A stretch of 64,000 nucleotides of DNA from Eledone cirrhosa (lineage: Eukaryota), in assembly GCA_964016885.1 (NCBI GenBank), contig OZ024740.1:123814001-123878000 (forward strand), given 5' to 3'. A model generated the notes under the pieces. It worked only from the letters and a program-made list of their open reading frames with translations. It had not been told where the DNA came from and searched no databases. Both the position numbers and the translations under genes were made by a program. Below are positions 39,690 to 54,399 of this stretch, piece after piece (within the stretch, counting starts at the first letter, position 1; the number at the start of each line of letters is the position of its first letter).

Positions 39690-40280
39690 TGCTTACTTCT
39701 TTCTGTTCAAACCATTGACACAGTGAATTGAAATTTGGAGTGAACACCTAGTATTGTCAATATGTTTGTTTTATTTCACACATCTATGAGGGCCTACTTC
39801 AACTTTAACCATGTTCTGTCAGAACCAATCCTTATTGGCGATAATGTCAAGCAGAGGTAAACTGTTTAATCTGAATCATTTGGAAGCTAAATCAAAGACT
39901 TTCATAGATCAAGTCTTCAATTTGTTGTATGTGGATTATTGTGATCTTATAGCAAACTCAGAACAAGATGTTCGGAAAGAAATGGATCTCTTTGCCTGAT
40001 ATGAGGCCTGAAGTAAACTAAGGTGAGGTTTACACCTGTTCAATTGGAGCTATATGTGGAACCAAATATTCTTCATTAAGGAACCAGACTTGATAGAGTT
40101 AATTCTTTTTTTGTACCCTGGCAGCTCTATCAGAAAGGAATAACTCCTAGATTCTAATATCAACTTAAGAGGCCTCAATCACATTTGGGACACATGGAAA
40201 AAGAGTCTGTGCCTGTCCTGTCTCAATTCTTGAAATGTTCCGCAACAGGCATTTAGGGTGCATATTAATCATCAGTTGAA
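39690..40280 (+). mobile_element. Degenerate RTE (BovB-like) RT fragment
   Basis: GKLFNLNHLEAKSK...LLYVDYCDLIANSEQD resembles the BovB-type LLFADDCAL region. Confidence 0.65.
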
Positions 40281-40645
40281 TAAATATTTTACACACAGAT
40301 AATCTCTAATAAGCAAGCTATCTCAATATTAAAACTTACATTCTCAACTTATCAACTTTCATATATGAGTTGATTATCTATCATGAGGATAACAGGTTAT
40401 CAAAACAATTACTTTATAGTGAATTAATACATTGTAAGTGTCCCGAGTACAAAAGAAGAAAAGATATTTGATAATTTCCTGCCCTTCAACTTTAGCACTG
40501 TCATCCGAGACCCTATAGAAGTAAATCTGACATATCAGATATAGACAAACTTCTACAATAAGAAAGTAGTTTTTCTCAAAAGTGAGTTGACAATCTCCAC
40601 AATGCACACTCACACATATATATGTATATATAAATCTGTATTACT

Positions 40646-41008
40646 GCGTGACCTCTAGCATCACACAGTAATACAGAAAACCTGACTTCCCACGGGAACA
40701 AGTCGAAGCTGAAGCCTATAGACAATATGCCCCTACCACTGCAAAGTGGTCGTGGAGGTGTAATCACAAAAAAGCAGCCAACCCACACTGTAAAGTGGCC
40801 ATGTAGGCGCCACGGGAAAAAAGCTCCCAGAACTCACTGTAAATGAGGTTGATGTTAGGAAGGGCATCCAGCTGTAGATATCAATCCAAAATCAGTTCCC
40901 ATATGAGCAAGACAAGTTCACCCGACCTAGCATTGCCCACAACAGGACAACCCCTCTAACCCATACTAGTGTGGAAGAATGGACGTAAAATGGTGATGAT
41001 GATGATGA
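40646..41008 (+). mobile_element. Short RTE-derived non-autonomous element with (GAT)n tail
   Basis: Homologous to 61357-61719 and 60878-61245; starts in the last codons of an RTE ORF. Confidence 0.7.
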
Positions 41009-41969
41009 CTTCTAATATCAACTTAAGTTTTGTGTATGTGTGTAAATACATCATCATTAACATACAATAGTAGTGGTGGTGGTAGTGGTAGTAGTAGTAG
41101 TAGTAGTAGAATTAACAGTAATTTATAATTTCACTTTTTCTTGTTTTTCTGCATAGTATCTATATATGTGCTGATATATCTTGAAACTAAAGTAGAAAGA
41201 GAAAAGCATAAAAAAAGAGCCAAACAAGGAAGAGAAAGATAATGAAAAAGGCGGAAGAGAGCTAATAACAGAATTTAATTTATTCTCATATATAAAAAGA
41301 AAAATGTGTGAATTTTTAGAGGAACGATTAAGTAATTTAAAGAGATAGATGATGATATAGCCACAAAAATAACTTTAGGGTTATATGTTTTTTATGAACC
41401 AATTATATTTTTTGTTGGTCGAGAAGATTTTAAAACCTTAGTTTTAAAGTCTTAGTTATTTCTCAGTCAATATGAAATCCTACACACTACTTCAATGAAG
41501 CCTAGTTAGTTGAATCTGAAATTTTCAGGATAATATATACTAATTCCATTTTTCATTACTCAGTTTTGTTTTTTCTACATTTCTGAAAATAGTTATAAAA
41601 CGCTTGTAAAGTTGTCTTGTGTGGGAGGAAATACAAGTCCCTTTTTACTTTCTATTAGTTTTTACTTAGAGTTAGTATATTCTGAGGTGGGTAGACTGTG
41701 CTGTGGCTGGCCAAATCCATGTCTTGCTTGAATGTTTCATTTTGGAAAGTTTACTTCAGCTGGATGCTTCTGTCATCATTCAGGTCATGTAGTGCACTGT
41801 GTATGTATGTACATACATCATCATCGACATCATCACCATTTAACATCTATTTCCCATGCTTGTATGTCTTAGATATACCACCACATTCTGAGGCTAAACA
41901 GGTCAGGGGAGCACATCTTGCTATTATGTTCCATTTCGTCGTTGGTTTATAAAGCTAGATGCCCTGTAT

Positions 41970-42150
41970 AATTGTTTCTACTTTTAGCACAAGGCCAGCA
42001 ATTATCCCAGTGTATTACTGGTACTTTATTTCATCGACTCTATAAGGATGAAAGGCAAAGCTAATCTCGGTTTGATTTGAACACAGATCATAAAAGGCCG
42101 TAACTCTATGCTGCAAAGCATGGCGTCCGACCATCTAGCGATACTGCCTA
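41970..42150 (-). mobile_element. SINE family 2
   Basis: Matches 38736-38923. Confidence 0.78.
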
Positions 42151-44552
42151 TTTTGCCGTGTGTACTAGGTGATCATCATGGAACAAGCAGTAATAATTTA
42201 CAAGTCATACTGATTGATTTTTATCATAGCACCAGCACTACTACCAGTCACCACCAGCTACCAAATATCCTTCTGAACTAATGAAGATCACTCCAAAAAG
42301 ATTGTTTTCATCACTGGAATACAGCATTTCCCAACTCAATGTCTGAAATCCATGTATATCTCTTTTCATTTGGTACATCCACAGCTCGGCACACACAAAT
42401 ACATACATGCCTATACATACACAAACACATGCCTATACATACACACACACATGCGTGTGCATTAATAATCCACACGCATACCAAAACAGGCTCAGACATA
42501 CATTCTCCCATTGACAATATACAAAAATTGCACACATAACCTGAATCACACACATACACACACACTTACACATATGTTCTCACAAGATCACAAACAAAAT
42601 ATACATCATTCCAATACACTCACACACACAAACAAACAATGAAACAACATTCACACTGAAGAAATGCAGCTCATGCACACACACACACACACACACACAT
42701 TTCCTCATCTCACTGGCATTAATATTTTTTTTATAATTATAGTTTTGAATCCTCTTGAATGGATTCTACCTGTAATTAAAGAAGCCAGTTGTTTCACACA
42801 CTATTTCAAGTTGAATCTCCCTGAGAATTATATTAAGGGTAACAATCTGTGGAATGCTCAGTCACCTACATGTTAATTTCATGAGCAGGCTGTTCTGTTT
42901 ATTGAACAACTGAAACATTCAGTATTGAAACCAATGAAGTACTATCAGAATGATCTCTACAGAAGACTTAACAGCAGGTCATTAATGATATAATAGGCTT
43001 GATATGGCATGGTCCCATACAGAGTCATACAAGTGCTATATTGACATACAGCATTTCTAGGGCATTTTAAAATGTGGCAGAGCCCAATTCTCTCCAGGTC
43101 TTAAAAAGGTAGATTTCTTCCAGAGAAGGATAAAGAGTGAGAGAATGGAAATGAGAAAGTGATATAAAGAAAAAAAAAACAACCCCAGTACTTTATTTAT
43201 CGACCTGGAACAGATAAAAGGCAATGTTGACCATGGTAGGATTTGAACTCAGAAAGGCAAATAATTCTATCTGACCTTCTAACAAATCTGCCAATGTGTT
43301 GCCTTGATTTATTAGAGATGTGATCAATTACCAGTTCTTGCAGTGTTTGATGGATACTGCAATATATATTTGAAACAGGCCCTCTCTACATAAATTCTGA
43401 ACATGTTCATTGTTACCTCACACAAAATATGATGTGGTATGACTGCTTTTATTGCATCTAATCATATTGTGGTATTTTGGCGATCTTATTCTTACCAGTC
43501 ACCAATTTGTTACTTTTGTCAGACCTGTGAAGTCTTATTCATGGAATTACTAATTTGGTACATATTTTCAGACCCACAAATTGATTTGATTAATGTATTG
43601 ACTCTTTTTATTCTGTGCTAGATGTTTGTGTTAAGAGAAGGAAATTTGACAGCTTATTTAGGAGTAGCACTATTTACTGAGCAATCTAGATAGAATAACG
43701 GTAAGCAGCAAAGGCATGTGGATTTGTGGTTAGGTTGCTGGGCTCAAGATCATAATGTCATGAATTTGATTCCCGGACCTGGCGACAATTCACATTTTGA
43801 GCAAGACACTATTTCACATGATTTCAGTGCAATCAACTGGAAAAATATGAATTAGGGCTAAGCTGCTTTAACTCTTGACATTCTCTTGGTCAACGTATGT
43901 CATGGAGAGAGGAGACTTGCATAAATGTGTGACTTGGTCTTTCACAAAGCATCTCACCCAGGCTTGTGCCTCAGAGAAATAAATCCATGGTCTGTAAATG
44001 ATGGATGCATAACCCGTTGTCAGTCATGACTGAAAGGGAACCTTTCTTTCATTTTTGGTAGAAAAGCTTTGGCTGTGATTAACAAATTATCTTTAGACTA
44101 GGTATAATTAAACACTCAAAATCAAGTTCTCAATATATATAAGTATTTTTTCTCATTTACTGCTTTTGCTTCAAAATGTAAATTAGTATTATTAACCTTC
44201 AAACAGTGAAAGAATTATGTGACATCACTGCACACATTGCTTCATGGCATGGAATAAATAAATAAGAAGAAAAAGTAAAAAAATCAAATCATTTGTTATG
44301 AAAATGTTTTGCTAGACTAATCTATATAAATATCTTTTTCAATAAGGAATTTAACTGATGCTTATTCCTCTGGGATTTGTTTTCTATAGGAAACTAAAAA
44401 TGTAATTTCTGGAATTTGAAAGCAGGAATTTGATGAAATAATTAATCCATTATGAGTGCAATTTCAAAGATATACTAAACTCCAATAAATCAGCGACATA
44501 GAGAATAAATTGCTGGAGAATTACCAATTTTTGCTTGTTTGTGAGTTTCTTG

Positions 44553-44606
44553 TTATTATTAATATCATCATCATCATCACCATCATCATTATTATTATTG
44601 TTGTTG

Positions 44607-44662
<56 letters not shown>
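44553..44662. repeat. (ATC)n/(ATT)n trinucleotide microsatellite
   Basis: Direct reading. Confidence 0.92.
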
Positions 44663-45442
44663 TATAATTTGTGTCAGTCTGAAGAAGTCATAAGAAAAAA
44701 GTAGAAAAAAAGAAAAGAACATATTTCATAACACACAGCTAACTAGTCAAAGTTTCTAAAAAGTTTGTCAATACAATTTCTGTATAATGATTTAAGGTTG
44801 AATGCCTTATATTCCATTCTTAACAGTGCAGCGATGGCAAGGCTATTGATATAAATTTCTAATCTGTCTTATTGTCATATATTTTGCTACTTGATAGGCA
44901 CATTTTGTTTTCTGTTTGATTTTTTCCTTTTAAAATTTCTTTTTTCTTGATTTTATCATTGTTATTTTTTATATATATACTTGATCAGATTTAGCTGTTA
45001 TCATTTATAAGAATACTACAGGGAAATACTCTTGATTAGTGTCCAAGAAAGAAGAAAAGTACAAGAAAAGGAAAAGTTTCCTATAATGACTCACCAGTTG
45101 AAGTTTGGTAGATAAATGGCTGGTTTGAGAGATGCTATATGGGGAAACTTCTAATACTGCAATGGTATATATTTTTCTTTGAGGTTTTACCGTTTTGTGT
45201 AGTAATATTATGTGATAATAAATAAATCACACAACTTGTATGTATTTCTTTACACTGGGTAGGGCTACATTTCTGTTATTTATTAAGTGTTGCTATCTAA
45301 AGATGTGTTAACACACACCAACTTTCAATAACATTTCTATAACAACATTTCTGCAGTGACAAAATCTTATCTAGAATATCAAATGTTCATGTTGACTTAA
45401 ATATTTATGATTCTCATTTCTTGTACTTCATTTCCCCTACTA

Positions 45443-46515
45443 ACATCATCATCATCATCATCAACGTTTAACGTCCGTGTTCCACGCTTGCATGGGTTTG
45501 GATGGGGGTTTTCCCACTTGAGGCAAGAGTGATTGTCTTGCTCGCATAGGACTGTCTGGCAGGTTTTCTACAGTTGGATGCCCTTCCTAACACCAACCAC
45601 ATTTACAGTGTGGGTCTGGGAGGTTTTTACCGTGTTGCCTACACGGCCACATTACAGCGTGGACTGTGTGTTTTTTTGTCGTGACACCTACACGATCTCA
45701 TTTGTTTCGGCCTGGATGGTGTGGCACCAACATAACTTTACATAGAACGGGGTGGTGTGGATGGGGTGGGGGTGGCGAGACGGGGGGTATTTTGTTAGAG
45801 ATGCCTACTGGCTGTAGTAGGTTTTACTATGTATTTAGGTAAGGCGGGTCTTCTCTGTTACTGAGTACCGCCAAAGGTCTCGGTCCAGTGACATTGTCTT
45901 GGAGAGGTGTAAGTGTGTGAGGTCGGAGTTTATCAGCTCGTCCCAGGTTTTTCTAGGTCTGCCTATTCCGTGGCTACCGTCTATCTTCATTGCCCTGCAC
46001 TTTGTTATACAGCTATCGACTTTCATGCGCATCACGTGTCCATACCAACATAGCCTTCTCTCGAGTAAACAACATCTGATCCCTCTTATTTCTAATTTTT
46101 TCCTTAGTTCGTTTATGCTTTGCCGTTCACGTATATTACTGTTACACATCCAGCGGAGCATGCAAGCTTCGTTCCTCTCTAGTCTGCGTATATCCTCTGC
46201 ACACAATGCCCAGGTCTCACTGCCATGCAACATTGCTGTTCGTATGCAGGCATCGTACAACCTGCCTTTCATTTTTAGGGAGAACCCTTTAGCAGCTAAT
46301 AGTGGTATAAGCTCTCTGAACTTTTTCCAACCAGTTCTGACTCTAGCTACTGTACTTTCAGAGCACCCTCCCCCACTGCTGATTTTATCACCCAGGTAAC
46401 GGAAACTGTCCACTATTTCTATAGAACCCTCTGCGCAATTGAAAGAGCTAGTATTTTGTGGGCACTTGCTGCTACTTATTGCACCAGAGCACCGGCCACA
46501 TGTAAAATCTATCAT
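45443..46515 (-). mobile_element. Young 5'-truncated RTE LINE (open 226-codon RT C-terminus, 3' UTR, (GAT)n)
   Basis: ORF 45835..46515: IVDSFRYLG...KGRLYDAC...LHGSETW...MLRWM...WYGHVMR...GRPRKTW. Confidence 0.92.
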
Positions 46516-47289
46516 ACATAATAAAGTTGTATAACTGAGATATGTACATGGATATATTACTCACTTGACCAAATGATTACTAGATTGTTAATCCAGTGAT
46601 TAAAATGATTAGCAGTGTACAAACTTCACACAACATACTTAGGAAAATATATCTAACTATATCTAACAGCGTGAAGTTTTCGTAAACTCTATACGAGAAA
46701 AATACATTCTCTACTCTGAAGTAAGCTTACAATATGAGTGGACAATGTATTAATATTACTGCTTGTTCACTAATGAATTTGTGAAGCGAGTAACACACAC
46801 CTTAACTGTTTTTATACCAACCTGTCCAAAACTGCTATGAGACAAAACTATTAATTTAAAAGGAATATTTTAAAATAATCTTCCAACATAATTTTATTAA
46901 AAAATAATTTCGTAAGATATGTTACGAATACTATCTTAACAATGAAACAATTAAATTTTTAGTAAGTCTCCGCAAATTCCTCATAAAGTAAACAAAATAC
47001 AGTGTTATAATGGGAAAGATTATCATGAGAGGGTTACCCCCTGACCTATGCATAAAAAACCTTGAGTAAATCATTATGATAGAAGCCATCCATCTTCAAG
47101 CTATATCAACAAGAAGAATTACAATCAACATTATAAGATAATAAATAACCTGTCGGTGATACAGAGCTATTGTTGCTCAGGCTTCGAACAGTAAATTGTT
47201 TATTTCCTGTAGTATTCACTTTAGTAAGTTAGACTGAGCCATTTCAAGTTAAGTACCTTGTAGCCTACGATACAGTAGTGGAGGTATAT

Positions 47290-47572
47290 TTTCTAGTGGC
47301 AAGGATGTTGGAATAACTATCATAATGTGATGGGTTTGATTCCATTTGATTTGGACTGGGTTGTGTGCTGTGTTCTTGAGCAAAACACCACATTTCACAT
47401 TGCTCCAGTATACTCAGTTGAAAAGGAATACCAGCAACAGCTAGTGCTTTAAACCTGTGATGGTCTGGCACCCTGTTCAAGAAGGAGTCTTGTACTCTTA
47501 CCCTCTTCATGCCATGGAAACCAGGATAAGTACCAGCCTAATGAGCCTCCGAGTTAAGGACAGACTTTAGAC
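47290..47572 (+). mobile_element. Degenerate tRNA-derived SINE
   Basis: TGTGTTCTTGAGCAAAACAC..ATTTCACATTGCTCCAG core. Confidence 0.6.
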
Positions 47573-49269
47573 TAAGGTACAACAAAATGTAAGGAAATAT
47601 ATATGAACCACAGATTATCTGTGCTCTTAATTGAAGCTCAGTATCAGAGGCAAAATATTATTAATGAAAATATACTAAATTATATTGTGATGGTACATCC
47701 CTCCCCCTAAAAAATATTACACCAATTGATTTATCATCTCAAACCAAAGAGAAACTTTATTGGACACTGCAACTGGACACTTCTAAATGAGTGAGCTTCA
47801 TTAAAGGCATCCAAGATCCATGTGGTGTTATTATCACAAGTGACATTAAGTCTATGACCCCAAAGCAAGAAGGATATCTCTAAGCATTTCCACACAGTTT
47901 TCCATCTTGCAAATTTCACACATATCTCTATTTTGTAAGACAGCAGAGTGTGATTTGAGGGTAATTTAACTGCTATTTCTTGTAGTTTGAGTAGCAGCAT
48001 AGATACCCTCTCAGTTTCACAACTGGCTCTGTGAGTAATGAATATAGTATTTATTAGTGATAAATGTAACTCATTAGTGACCTTGCTATTTTTTGTTCAT
48101 TTGCTTTTTTTTTTTCTAAATTTTTTTACTGCATCAAGTTGATTTCTCTCCAGGTCGATGATGGAAAAGCTAGTTAACAGAGTTTCCAAAATATATTTAT
48201 TCGCCTATATCAGTATTAACTAGACATATATTGCTACTTAATTTTGGATCATTAAACAGAGAGAACAGTTTCTACAGTAAATTTGTTCTTATTTTAGAAT
48301 GAATTTTAGTTATTAATTATCATTTTTACACAAAATGTCAAATAAAACACAGAGCCACCAGAAATAAGAATAACAAATCTAACATCACCATTATTACAAC
48401 TCTCATTGGCCCTATTTTCATCACTATCACCATTACATATAAAACATCACTATCACTACCACTACATTCCCCATTACTGACACTACCATGTCATCCTTAC
48501 TATTAATATCAGTATCAACAGCACTATCACCACAACCACTACCACTGGTAATAAAACTATCATCAGCACTATAACCCCTAGACCCATCAACCAGCCAAGA
48601 ACAACACACCATTGTCCCCAACATCATAAAGTTTACTGCTGTTTTCATCTTTATCTTATAGTTTATTTCCATCCTTGCTTGTTTTCAAGTTGCTCAGCTT
48701 GACATAGGTTCAGCAGGTTAACCTTATAACCACCTTCCACTAATTAAAATAAAATAAAGATTTGTTAATGTGGAACCCAATCAACTCTTTTAATTTATTT
48801 ATTGTTGCTTTACTATTTCAAATTCATTACAATAAAATCAAAGTAAGGAGATTAAAACACCATTTATTGACACAAAAGGAAATTAAAAGCTGTCATTATC
48901 ATCTACAAGCAAATATTTTTTACTTTTTACTATGCTATTTTCACTCACAAACAGCGTTATTAGTATATTATATGATTTATTATTTTTAGCAGGTGATTAA
49001 AATACTTTTTTATTCCCTAGTTAACAAAAAAAAAAATTATATATATATATATAAGCTTTATTAGTGCTAACTGTTCACAAAGAAAGATAAAATTAGATTA
49101 TCTTCACATAAGAGCCATGTAACAAAAATCTTATTCTTTTAATTAGTAAACTTTAAATAAAGAATCTATCAAATCCCTTCATGGGTATGCTCATTAGACA
49201 AATTGATATTTATATGACAAGAAAAGTTTAATAGACAGTTTTACTTATGCACAATGCTGCATCATTATT

Positions 49270-49452
49270 GTGGATTGGCAGTATCGGTAGACGGTCAGAT
49301 GCCATGCTTTGACGCATAGAGTTACGGCCCTTGCCATTCTGAGTTCAAATCCCGCCGAGGTTAACTTTGCCTTTCATCCTTATGGGGTCGATAAAATAAA
49401 GTACCAGTAACGCACTGGGTAATTGCTGGCTTTGTGCCAAAAGTAGAAACAA
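49270..49452 (+). mobile_element. SINE family 2
   Basis: Matches 28491-28634 and 38736-38923; ATCATTATT flanks. Confidence 0.82.
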
Positions 49453-49625
49453 CTATTATCATTATTCTTCTACCTACTTTTCCATGCCAGTTTCATTTAG
49501 ATGAGGCTCTTTAATAAGGTTTTTATGATGGGATACCATTCCTAAAGCCAGCTCATACTTTCTATTATAAATATGGTGTATATCAATCATCTACAGTATT
49601 TTCACAGGATATAACAATATAACAT

Positions 49626-49974
49626 GGAGGCATATGGCTTAGTGGTTAGAGCATTGACCTTGCAATCGAAAGGTTGTGAGTTCAATTCTCAGACCGGGTG
49701 ATGTGTTGTTTCCTTGAGCAAGACACTTTATTTCACATTGCTCCAGTTTATTCAACTGTAGAAATGAGATGATAGGGACTGGGGTCCCTATCATTCCACT
49801 GCAAAGTGGTCGTGGAGGTGCCATGGCAAAAAAGCACCCAGCACTCACTGTAAATGAGGTTGGTGTTAGGAAGGTAATCCAGCTGTAGAAATCTTGCCAG
49901 AATCAGTTCCCGTCCCACCCTTGTAAGCAGGGAAAAGCAGACGTAAAATGAAATGATGAAAAATGAAATGATGA
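49626..49974 (+). mobile_element. SINE family 1, full length
   Basis: Matches 32031-32372; ATAACAA-like flanks. Confidence 0.86.
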
Positions 49975-50264
49975 TAACAAATGTCTCCAGCTGCTTTAAA
50001 CATAGTCAGTATGAAAGCACATAATGTATGCTGACACATGCACACATGAACATACTGAAGCATGGTATAGTCCCGTAACTCCTTATGGTGTTGTATGGGT
50101 GCAGTAGTGGCATAAAGCATTTCTTGGGTGTTTTAAGCATGGCCGAACCTATCCCTTACCGGGTCTAAACACAGCAGATTTCTTCCAGAGAAGGATAGAA
50201 AGTGAGAAAGAGATATAGAGGAAGAATCAACCCTAATACTAGACTATACATATATAGTCTAGCT

Positions 50265-50988
50265 TTGTAGATGTATAAAAAGGTGCAGAGCACTCAAAGT
50301 TGTCAGTAGCCAAGGATTGGGCAGGCCTAGGAAACTTGGGATTAGGTAATAAAAGCTAACATTGCACAATTACATCTTGCTAATGAGATGACAGGAATTT
50401 GTTCTCTGGCGCTATGCAGTTATACAGGAGACCCTCACTCACATATGCTCGAGCTGAAGCATATATCTAGTAGGCAGCACTTTCCCCTACCATCTCTCCT
50501 GACATTCACCCCCCTTGCTGTAATCATCCCCACTCTATACGTACATCCTCATTTCTGCAAGCATAATCACCCCCAGACATGTTCCCAACACACAACCTAA
50601 AGTGGTCCCCCTGGAGCCACAACAAAAATGACTAGCCCACACTGTAAAGTGATCATGTAGGTGTCACAACAAAGAGTGCCAAGTCGACAATGTAAAGAGG
50701 TCCTGTTGGCGACACAACAAAAAGTGCCCAGCCACACTGTAAAGTGGTTGAATAGGTGTCATGACAAAAAGCACCCAGCACACACTGTAAATATGGTTCA
50801 CTTTAGGAAGGGCATCCAGCCGTAGAAACCAGGCTAAAATTGGTTTTATGTGAGTGAACCATGGGCCACCGACCTGATCTCTCACGAAGGGACAATCCGT
50901 CCTACCCATGCTAGGGTGGATAATGGAGGTTAAATGATGATGACGATGATAATGATGATTATGGTGGTGGTGGTGGTGATGATGATGG
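50265..50988 (+). mobile_element. Degenerate RTE 3' end
   Basis: CIKRCRALKV...GRPR remnant followed by repeated CACACTGTAAAGTG units and a GAT/GGT tail. Confidence 0.6.
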
Positions 50989-51959
50989 ATAGATAGATAG
51001 ATAGATAATATGGGTAATCTTATTGTTTTTCTCAACTGAATTCACTCACAAAGTATTAGCCATCTAGGTTAGCATAGAAGACACTTGTTCAGGGTGTTAG
51101 GCAATGGAATGGCGCTTAAAAGATTGAAGGTGTGTAACAAACTTCTTAAACATACAGCAATACTTACACCTTTATATGAATGTAATTAGTGTTGCTTCTA
51201 AATCATTTTCAAAATTAAAACTTAGCTAAGGACAGAACATTTTAGATTAGCAAGCAGAAAATTATAATTTTCATCGCTTATCAGTTACAATGCAATTGAA
51301 GTTTACTACTGACTTGTTTTAAGTACATAAATATCTGAGACTTCTTGATTTTAGATTACATGACACAGGCTTTGACATAATCCATTTTGTATAAATAATC
51401 ATACTTGTCTTGCTATGAAGATATTTTAGGGTTAACATCCAAGTTAATGTGTTCTCTCACATTGAAATTACTATACCTTACTAAGACACTGTTAAGCACA
51501 GTATATAGGGTTGATTTATCTCTAAGCAACCTAGGTTAATTATACATCACACCATTATGATATAATCCGTTTATGTATATGCAAACATATTGAAACTTAG
51601 CTGTGGAGATTTATACAAAATTCGGCCAGAGATGGGGTGGTAGAGAAGCAGACTTAACTCTTAACCTCCACACCCGCATAAAATTGCATTAGCAAGGCAA
51701 TTTTGAAAAGTAGAAATCAGCACCATGACTGCATGACTTTCAAAATTGAATTCTTTACTTTGGCTTACAGCAAATTTTCAGAACAATCTGTCTGCTTGTA
51801 AAGATATTATATACATTTGAATTAACAAACCTGTTTATAGATATTGCTGCTAAATCATTACAGCAAATTAAGCTTGGAATGAAAATTAAAGGAGGCACCA
51901 TTTAGCATTTGAAGTATTAAAAAGAAATAAGGCGAGCATTTTATGCTGGCTTTGTAATG

Positions 51960-53018
51960 AAAGAGCACAGTTGAACTGAAGAGATAAATGAGTACAAGGA
52001 ATCAGTTGTAATATACAAGAAATAAAAACTGCACTGGTTTGGACATGTGATGCATATGAAGTGTATAAAGAAGTAACAAGTTCTTGAAGCTGATGGAACA
52101 TGTGGAAAAGGTAGATCTTGTACAACCAAAGATGGAGTGATGAAACTGACAAAGAACTCAACCTCATGACAGATATGGCAAATAACCTTGATGATTAGCA
52201 ACTTACAGGGCTGGGAAAGACCCTATACAATCCAGTTAAGACCCTTCTATTAATCTGTTAACTTTTCACTCTCTTACCCTTTTCTCATCTGGTTCATTCT
52301 CTCTCACTTTCTCACAATTCTCTGTATTACAATGTTCACAAATCTAGGAAGAATTTTTAATCAGGAAGCCTCCTGTTGACCTCAGATGCTCATCAACCCA
52401 TTCCTGTGTTCAAAGCAAAGCTGCTTACAATAAGAGGGCGACCCATAATCCTATAGATAAATAATCTGCCCTGCCTCATATCTTATAACTGTATTAACCC
52501 CCAACAACATTTCTTCTGACTAACTAGCCATCACACCATCACCAAACAGCCCTTCTCACAACATTAACTACACAACACTTATTCTAGCTCACCCTATCTC
52601 TTCTCTTCCAGGTTCTCTTTCTCTGTAATAATCATGCAACTATTATTCTTCTCCCTCATATTCTTAGTCTTCAATCATACTCTCACTGACCAACTCCAAT
52701 TACTCTCTCTTTTTGTACTTCCAAGATTACAATGACATCTGTAGTGGTAATGCCATCTGTAAATGGTAATGTAGTTACCATAATAAAATGCACCCAATAT
52801 GCTCCATAAAGTATTAGTGCTGGTGCCATGCACTCTAAACAGTCTGTAAATTAAGTTGGTGTTAGGAAAGTCATCTAACTGTAGAAATCACTCTAAAATG
52901 GAGTGTATGACCAAGATATAGTCCTCTAACCTCAAATCTAATTAATTGTGGACAATGATAACCTATCGAACCCATTCCAGCATGAAACGCCGACATAAGA
53001 TGATGATGATGATGATGA
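51960..53018 (+). mobile_element. Highly degenerate RTE 3' end
   Basis: KLHWFGHV remnant (~52025-52050), RTE-like 3' terminus and (GAT)n tail. Confidence 0.55.
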
Positions 53019-53168
53019 GTTAGCCATTCACTTGGTAAAAGCTCGAGTACCAGTTAACCAAAATACAACCTTACAACATGCATTAAGTCAACCCATCAGT
53101 ATATGTCTATCTATTTATCTATCTATCTATCTATCTATCTTTAAATATATAAATATATATATATATAT

Positions 53169-53620
53169 ATCATCATCATAACCCTTTAACATCCATTTTC
53201 CATGCTAGCATGGGTTAGACAAGCTGTCATATTGTGAGGCAAGCCAGATCAGATGACTTACTCATAAATAACTGATTTGGGCTTGAATTCTATGGCTGGA
53301 TGACCTTCCTAACACCAACCAAATTTAGAGTGAGTACTGGCTGCTTTTTGTTGTGACACCTACATGAACACTTTACAGTGTGGGCCAGGCACTTTTTTCA
53401 TGACACCTACACAACAATGTTACTGTGTGGATTGGGTGCTTCTTATTGTGGCACCAAAACGACCACTTTACAATGTGGGCTGAAGACTTGAATGGAAGAG
53501 GTGCATGAGGATTGGGGAGGTAGATCTAGAGTCATAGGTAAGGGGTGAGGTGTTACAACATGTGTGGGGTGTTACAATGTGGGAGATGTATGGAATAGGT
53601 GATGGAGGGGTAGGTGGTGC
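53169..53620 (-). mobile_element. RTE-type 3' UTR fragment
   Basis: Reverse complement of the GTTGGTGTTAGGAAGG.CATCCAG...CCCATGCTAGCATGGAA terminus. Confidence 0.6.
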
Positions 53621-54059
53621 ATATGAGATATTATACATGTGAGAGCACATGTATGCATGAAAATGCATGTCTATCATGTTTAAATCTTAATTATTCATCA
53701 TCTCTGTCCATGTGTCTATTTACATACAACAATTATCTATCTGGAGAACCACGAGTTATCTCCCTTTATTAAAAAAAATATTTGATAAATTCCTATGCAA
53801 ATTTTCCACCACAATATTAGCTCTGCTACACGAAATATAACTTTCTACTTTTGGGAGTGAGATCAGACCTAGAGATATCAACTTACCTTTTTCTTATTTT
53901 TATCTCACGTCTGAATGAAGAGCCAGTTTAAAAGTGTCTCCTCTATTATACAGTGGTGGCCATAAGTGGAACCTGAAACCAATGGTAGCACAAACATTTT
54001 AAGTTTATTAAATTTTGTGTATACTATACATATATTTATATAAAGGTGTGTAAGCATAT

Positions 54060-54399
54060 TTAGGGTAAAGAACCCCTTCGGTCATAAATTACCATCGGAT
54101 TTGTACCTAGAAAACTCCCCTCTGAGGCACAAGTCCGGAAATGGTGTTTGTGGAAGACCAGCAGTTGCCCATGCATACCAGTCTCCCCTCTCCACACCAC
54201 CAATGGTGTCCAAGAGAAAGGCAATAGCCGATACAGCTTGGCACCAGTCACATCGCAACACATTTCTACAGCTGAGTGAACTGGAGCAACATGAAATCAA
54301 ATATTTTGCTCAAGAATACAATGCAAAGCCAGGTCCGAGAATCAAACTCACAAACTCAGGATTGCAAGCCTGACACTCTAACCACTAAGCCATGCACCT
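54060..54399 (-). mobile_element. tRNA-derived SINE, long-bodied
   Basis: Minus strand GGTGCATGGCTTAGTGGTTAGAG...GAGTTTGATTC; homologue at 43712-44050 (plus strand). Confidence 0.72.

Noticed and set aside
50630-50800. Spaced CACACTGTAAAGTGG repeats resembling a CRISPR array
   Set aside because: Eukaryotic context, spacers are related to each other, part of an RTE 3' UTR, no cas genes
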